This document shows positions 58,208 through 64,000 of a stretch of 64,000 bases of DNA, in pieces (positions within the stretch are counted from its first letter, which is position 1; every line of letters starts with the position of its first letter). The stretch is taken from the NCBI GenBank assembly GCA_004431415.1, contig QPMI01000039.1:496001-560000 (forward strand), written 5' to 3'. The position numbers and the translations under genes were made by a program. A model generated the notes under the pieces. It was not told the origin of the DNA. It made no database searches and saw only the letters and a list, made by a program, of their open reading frames with translations. This DNA comes from Cyanophora paradoxa CCMP329 (Eukaryota > Plantae > Glaucophyta).

Positions 58208-61200
58208 ATGGCGGCGCCGTCCCCCTCCCCAGCTGCTGAAGGGGAATCGCGTCCGCCGGAGACAGCTGCAGCCGCCAAACTGTTGGCACCGCCGGCCGCG
58301 TGCAGCTATCTAGATATGGTCGTAGACGATGCAGGCAACGTTCGCCCCCCAACGCCTTCCCTGGCGGAGGAAGGAAGCGCGAACCAGCCAAACGCGATTG
58401 CAATTGCGATCGGCGGAGAGGACGCCGCTGCGAACGATGAAGACGATGGAGATGCATCACAAGATGTGGGAGAGGCAGCGTCGGCCGCCGCGGCCGCGCT
58501 GGTGCCCGCGCCGGTCGACCTGACGATTATGAGGCGCCGGCGGCCGAGGCGCGCCAGCATGGCCACACAGGTAGTGAACGAGGCTGAGGCCAAGCAGACG
58601 CACGAGGCCGCGGAGAAGGCGGCGGCGACAGCAGCGGCCTCACACCGGAGCTTGGGCGCGGAGAGCACCAGTTTGGGGCCCCCCGAGCTGCCCAGCTTCC
58701 GCCTCGCAATCGCCGAAGCACCGACGCGCCTCAAGCGGCGGCGGTGGAGCCTCGCCGCCCACGCGCGCTCGGAGTGCGACGAGTCCTCCGAACGAATGCT
58801 GGCGGAAGTGCGGGCGCTGTTCCCCGTCCCGCCCGAGGCGAGCGCCCAGGGCAGCACGCTCTACACACTCCCCAACCTTCTCCGTCGCGACATCATGCGG
58901 TGCCCTCGCCGCCCCTCGCCCCCTTCCACGCCTTCGCTAATTTGATCCGATCGCAGGTTCGACCCGCAGATGCAGTCCGTGCTGAGGCAGTTCTGGGAAG
59001 CCTGCGTAGCCAAGCGCACCGAGAAGATCGAATGGGCAGAGGTTCGCGCGCGCGACCGCTGCGCTCGCAGCTCGATGGAAGCGCAGCTGACGCGCGCCCA
59101 TTGAGCAGTATCAGGCCCTCCACATGTGCCTCGCGCGCGCCCTGGCTCCGGCCGACTGGAACACCGCTTCCGAGGCTCAATCCGCCCGCGAGGACTGGGA
59201 CGTGCGCCGTACCCCCCAATCCCGCCCCCCGCCCCCCGCCCCAGGTTCCCCTCGCTCCGTGCCGACGCCTGTACCCCGCAGATGGACCGCCGGGGCCTCG
59301 AGTACATCGATCGGGAGCGCTTCCTCTTCTCCATCTTCCAAGTACCCACCTTCCCCTGCAGCTCGCGATCCGCGTACCCCCGGCGCGATTCGCGCACCCC
59401 CCGCAGCTGGCCGACCAGTGGACGGACGAGATCTCGCTGAAAGACTCACTTGAGGTTCGCGGGCCGCGCACGTAAGCACCTCCCCGAGCGCCCCGTCTGA
59501 ACCCGTACCCCCGCAGTTCCTGTACAAGCTGTTCCGGAACATAACGGTCTGGCGGAGCGACCGGAGGGGCGGCTTCGTTCTCAAGGAGCTCAGCGGTGCG
59601 CGGGGCGGGCCCTTCCTCTGGGACCTCGGCTGAGGGCGCGCCCGGCCGCTTCGCAGAAATCGCGGTCGGTTGCGTCTCGGGCGGCGCCAGGTCGAGGGGG
59701 ACCCCCGGGCGGCATCCCCGGCGCCCCCCAGCGCCCGCCTCCGGGTCGGAGTCCGGCGGCGGGGGCGGGGTGGGGGCGGCGGCGGCGGCGGGGGCGGGGC
59801 AGGAGCAGGCGGATCGGCCGAGAGGGCGGCTCCTGCCCCGCTCGATGACGATGGCGGCCCGCCGGGCGCAGACCGACCACGAGGACGAGAGCAGCGCCGG
59901 CGAGTCGTCCGGCGCCGGCGCCGGCGCCAGCCGGCGGCCGCGGCTGCTGCCGCGCTCCAACACGCTCGCGGCACGGCCGGCTGCGCGCCGCGATCGCGAG
60001 ACCGACGTGGACTCCGGCGCCGAGATCTCCTCGGCGGGGCCCGGTCCCTCCCGCACGCCCCGGGGGTCTGGCACCCCCGCCTCGTCGCGGCCGGGGAGCC
60101 CCAAGGCCCGCCCCGGGGCCCGGGGCTCGGTCTCCCTCAAGAGCGCCCGCTCCTTCAAGCGCCGCGCCGAGGCCGAGGCCGCCTCGGGCCGGCCTCGCGC
60201 CCTCCCCGGCCCCGCCGAGCGGCGATGCCCCCGCGGCGCCCTCGCCGCGGGCCTCGGCCCGGCGGCTGGCCCCCGCCGGCCCCTGGTCCGAGCCCGTGCA
60301 GGCCTCCAGCCCGCACCTGCCGGCGCCCCCACCGGAGGCCCTCTTCAGCGGCTCCGAGGACGAGGCCGCGGCTGCCTCGGGGGGCGGCGCCCAGGGGGGG
60401 TACATGAAGCAGGTCCTCCGGCGTCTGGGCGGTCCCCGCAGGAGCCTCGTCGTCTTCGTGCACGACGCGGAGCCGATCCCGGGGCCGGGGTCCGCCCCCG
60501 CCTCCCCGGCCGGCGGTACCCCGGGGCCCCATCCCCCCCTCGTCTCGAGCAGCTCCACTTCTGCGGCCTCCACCCGCTCCCGCTCCCCGGGGTACGCCTT
60601 TCCTTCCGTCTGGGCTCCCCGCCACCGCGCCCGCGCCTGATTTTCGGCGCAGCGACTCCGACTCGGGCACCGCGCGGGCCGCCGGCTCTTCCGCCGTCGC
60701 GCCCCCGACCGGCCTCGGCGGCATCAACGCTCCGCCTCACCCCCCCTCCGGCGCCCGCTCCCGTTCCGTCCCCGTACCCCCAGAGGATCCGGCCCCCTCC
60801 AGCTCCTCCCCCGCGGCCACCAGCCGCCGCTTCACGCTCAACCCCCGGGGTACCCCCACGCAGCAGGCCCCCTCCGCCCCGCACCCTCCTCCCGCCGCCC
60901 CGGAGCAGGCCCCGGCCCCGCCGCCGCCCGCGCGGCCCGCCCTCCCGCCCCTCCAGACGGACCGGGCGCACGCGCTACCCCCCCTGGAGCAGCGGGACTC
61001 GTCCCCCTCCCCGCGGACCAACGCCGGCAACCTCTCCCACCGCGGGAGCCGCCGCAGCTCCTCCCGGTGGCCCGAGGCCCCCGAGAAGAAGGCGGTACCC
61101 CCCGAGGAGGCGGGGGAGAAGAAGGGCAGCTTCATCTCCCGGATCCTGAGGGACGCGCGGGACACGATCCGCGGCCTGCGGACGAAGAAGGCGACGGCGT

Positions 61201-61274
61201 ACGACAGCGACGGGGGGGTACGTCCCTCGGAGAAGGCGCACACGGGCCGCGCCCCGGCGCTCCCCGCCGTCTAG
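58208..61274 (+). CDS. Uncharacterised protein with a central EF-hand-like helical domain and long disordered flanks
   Basis: Spliced core LRQFWEACV...IEWAEYQALHMCLARAL...AREDWD|MDRRGLEYIDRERFLFSIFQ|LADQWTDEISLKDSLE|FLYKLFRNIT resembles an EF-hand-like domain (eDW...FelaDxWT) I associate with flagellated protists; ends ALPAV*. Confidence 0.6.
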
Positions 61275-61601
61275 GCGGCGGCGCCCGGCTTAGTCGTTTT
61301 TATACAGTGATATCGATTTTCAGTGCACATGTACAGAAAACAGGGCTCGTATCAGTAGTTTTACTGCGCATATATGGCAGTAATTTTCAATGCTAACGAT
61401 GTGAATGTAAAACGTAACCGCCGCCGCGCGCGCACGCACGCCGTGACGCCGCGGCGCCGTACTACGGTATTTGAAAGCTTGAACTGACATAAATGATCAT
61501 GAGCTGGAACGAGCCAATTGCAACTACAAGCTCGCAAGGCGCCGGCGCCGGCGGGGCGCGCGCCGGCCCGCGCCGGGCGCCGGCCGCGCGGCCGAGTGCA
61601 G

Positions 61602-61639
61602 TGCGCATGCGCATGCTAGCGCTAGCATGCACATGCGCA
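61602..61639. promoter_or_regulatory. 38-bp near-perfect palindrome upstream of carB
   Basis: tgcgcatgcgcatgctagc|gctagcatgcacatgcgca: one mismatch, no spacer, ~180 bp before the ATG. A regulatory role is not shown. Confidence 0.55.
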
Positions 61640-61818
61640 GCGCGCGGCTTTCAGATTGTGCCGAACGCGCTGCCGCGGGCTTGCGAGAAAGGCAGGCTCG
61701 TCCACAGGAGCGGCCCGGTCGAAGGGGCGCGGTCTTGTATTGGGGCGAGCCGCTTCGGTGTATAGCGTACCCCAGAGCAGCCGTCCAGCCAAAGGCCGCG
61801 ACGGCATTCGGCAGTACG

Positions 61819-64000
61819 ATGGAGCCCGCGTTCGTGGCTCCCGCCCCGGCGCCTTCCACCTCGCGGATCGCGCCCGTGAGCCGCAGCCAGCAGCCGGCGG
61901 CCGCTGCGCGGTCGGCTCGTTCTGGCCGGAAAGGTCGCCATGTCCAGCAGCCGTCGAACTTCCTTGGGCGGCAGCAGGGCAGCGAGTTCCTCGGTTCGAC
62001 GGCGACTCTCGGCCACCGCGCACGGGCGATTCGCGTTCGCGACGACGCGAGGGCCGGTGACGTTCGCGCTCAAGCGGCGACTCCGGGCAACGTCCTGGGC
62101 GTCGACTTGCCGCCGGAGGAGGCTAAGGATCGCCTTCTGAAGGCCCTGAAGCCCCTGGCCGGCCCGGGCAAGCGCAAGGACATCAAGAAGATCATGATCA
62201 TCGGCTCTGGCCCTATCGTTATCGGTTCTGCATGCGAATTCGACTACTCTGGCTCTCAGGCGTGCAAGGCGCTTCGTTCGGAGGGCTACGAGGTCGTCCT
62301 GATCAACTCCAACCCCGCCACCATCATGACGGACCCGGAGATGGCGGAGCGTACGTACGTGAACCCGCAGACCATCGACCAGCTGGAGAAGATTCTCCAG
62401 AAGGAGAAGCCCGACGCGATCCTCCCGACTATGGGCGGCCAGACCGGCCTGAACGCGGCTATGGACCTCTACCACGCGGGTATCCTCGACAAGGTGCGCG
62501 TTTCTTTCTCTTCCTTAATCTTAATCCGGGGCTCTGTTGTTGACCCCGCCCCCGCGCGCAGTACAATGTGGAGCTCATCGGCGCAAAGGTCGCGGCCATC
62601 AAGAAGGGCGAGGACCGCCTCGAGTTCAAGGATCTCATGGCGGAGCTCAACGTGCCCGTGCCCAAGGCTGGCATCGCGCACAACATCGCCGAGGCTAAGG
62701 ACGTCGCCGAGGTCCGCCGCGAACCGCCCCCCGCCTGAATTCGATCCGCGGTCCGTTCTGATCGGGCGGGCTCCCGTGCGCGCGTAGTACATTGGCTCGT
62801 TCCCGCTCATCATTCGCCCCGCCTTCACGATGGGCGGCTCTGGCGGCGGTGTCGCGTACAACGCCGAGGAGTACGAGGTCATGGCCCAGAAGGGCCTCGA
62901 CGCCAGCCCGGTCTCCGAGATCCTCGTCGAGCGGTCTCTGCTCGGCTGGAAGGAGTACGAGATGGAGGCGCGCCCGTCCGCTCGGCCGCGCGACCCTTCG
63001 TCGGCTGACCGTTCCCCCGGCAGGTCATGCGTGACACCGAGGACAACGTCGTGATCATCTGCTCCATCGAGAACTTCGATCCTATGGGCGTCCACACCGG
63101 TCCGCGCCGCGCCCGACCGCCCCGCCCCGCTCCCGCCGCGCGCCACCGACGTGCCGCTCGCGCAGGCGACTCGATCACAGTCGCGCCCATCCAGACCCTC
63201 ACCGATCGCGAGTTCCAGGTGCCCCGTGCTCTGACCGCGCCGCGCGCCGCGCCGCGCGGCTCACGCCCCGCCGGCCAGGTCCTCCGCGACGCCTCCATCG
63301 CCATCATCCGCGGCGTCGGCGTCGAGACCGGCGGCTCCAACATCCAGGTACGCTGCGCCGCGCCGCCCGCTCCCCTGCCGCCCCGCCCGCCGCCCCCTGA
63401 CTGACGCGCCCGCTCCCCTCCCCCTCCCTCCGCCCCCCGCAGTTCGCCGTGAACCCCGAGAACGGCGACTACATCGTCATCGAGATGAACCCCCGCGTGT
63501 CGCGCTCCTCGGCCCTCGCCTCGAAGGCCACCGGCTTCCCCATCGCCAAGGTCCGCCCCGACCGCGAGCGACGCTCTGCGCCGCCGCCCGCCCCACGCCC
63601 GCCGACGCGCCCCCGCAGATGGCGGCGAAGCTGGCGACGGGCCAGACGCTGGCGGAGATCCGCAACGACATCACGAAGGAGACGCCGGCGCTCTTCGAGC
63701 CGACCATCGACTACGTCGTCGTCAAGGTCCCCCGCTTCGCCTTCGAGAAGTTCCCCGGCGCCGACGTGCGTAGCATAGCACGCGAGGGCGCGCCCGCTCG
63801 CTCGTGCGACGCCGCCTGACCGGCGGCGCGCCCCGCAGGCGGTGCTCACGACCCAAATGAAGTCGGTCGGCGAGGCGATGTCCATCGGGCGCTCCTTCCA
63901 GGAGTCGCTGCAGAAGGCGCTGCGCTCGCTCGAGGTCGGGCGCGCCGGCTGGGGCGGCGACATGGACGAGGAGGAGATGCCGCTGGACAAGCTGCGCGCC
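61819..64000 (+). CDS. carB: Carbamoyl-phosphate synthase large subunit with plastid transit peptide; 5' part, runs off the window
   Basis: [35 protein letters not shown]...[98 protein letters not shown]; ~115-aa N-terminal extension. Confidence 0.97.

Noticed and set aside
1-64000. Hundreds of long Pro/Arg/Gly/Ala-rich ORFs in the six-frame track
   Set aside because: Shadow or intron read-through frames caused by stop-codon scarcity at very high GC; the real proteins appear only after splicing.

Overview
GC-rich, intron-dense eukaryotic nuclear DNA. Introns are mostly about 50-80 nt with GTGCGC-type or GC donors, CTGAC branch points and YGCAG acceptors. A plastid-targeted CarB whose presequence starts MEPAFV points to an alga with a primary plastid, plausibly a glaucophyte such as Cyanophora (inference). 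Most ORFs in the track are GC-rich shadow frames, so the genes below were spliced by eye and their boundaries are approximate. Left to right: two tandem paralogs of a coiled-coil plus parallel beta-helix gene; a ~10 kb gene joining a fimbrin-type CH1-CH2 domain, about ten Ig-like (ASH/PapD-type) repeats and a VWA domain; a ~33 kb rearranged amplicon (14.9-47.7 kb); intact GCP3; a possible START-like gene; an EF-hand-like gene; and the 5' part of carB. The amplicon holds three copies of an unrecognised, acidic, Cys-rich multi-exon gene, one near-intact divergent ALG3, and truncated or chimeric copies of ALG3, GCP3 and the fimbrin-like gene. The most striking signal is that the three Cys-rich copies share near-identical flanks and core but carry two non-homologous multi-exon N-terminal cassettes at the same position, and the array shows gene-conversion mosaicism and microhomology template-switch junctions.
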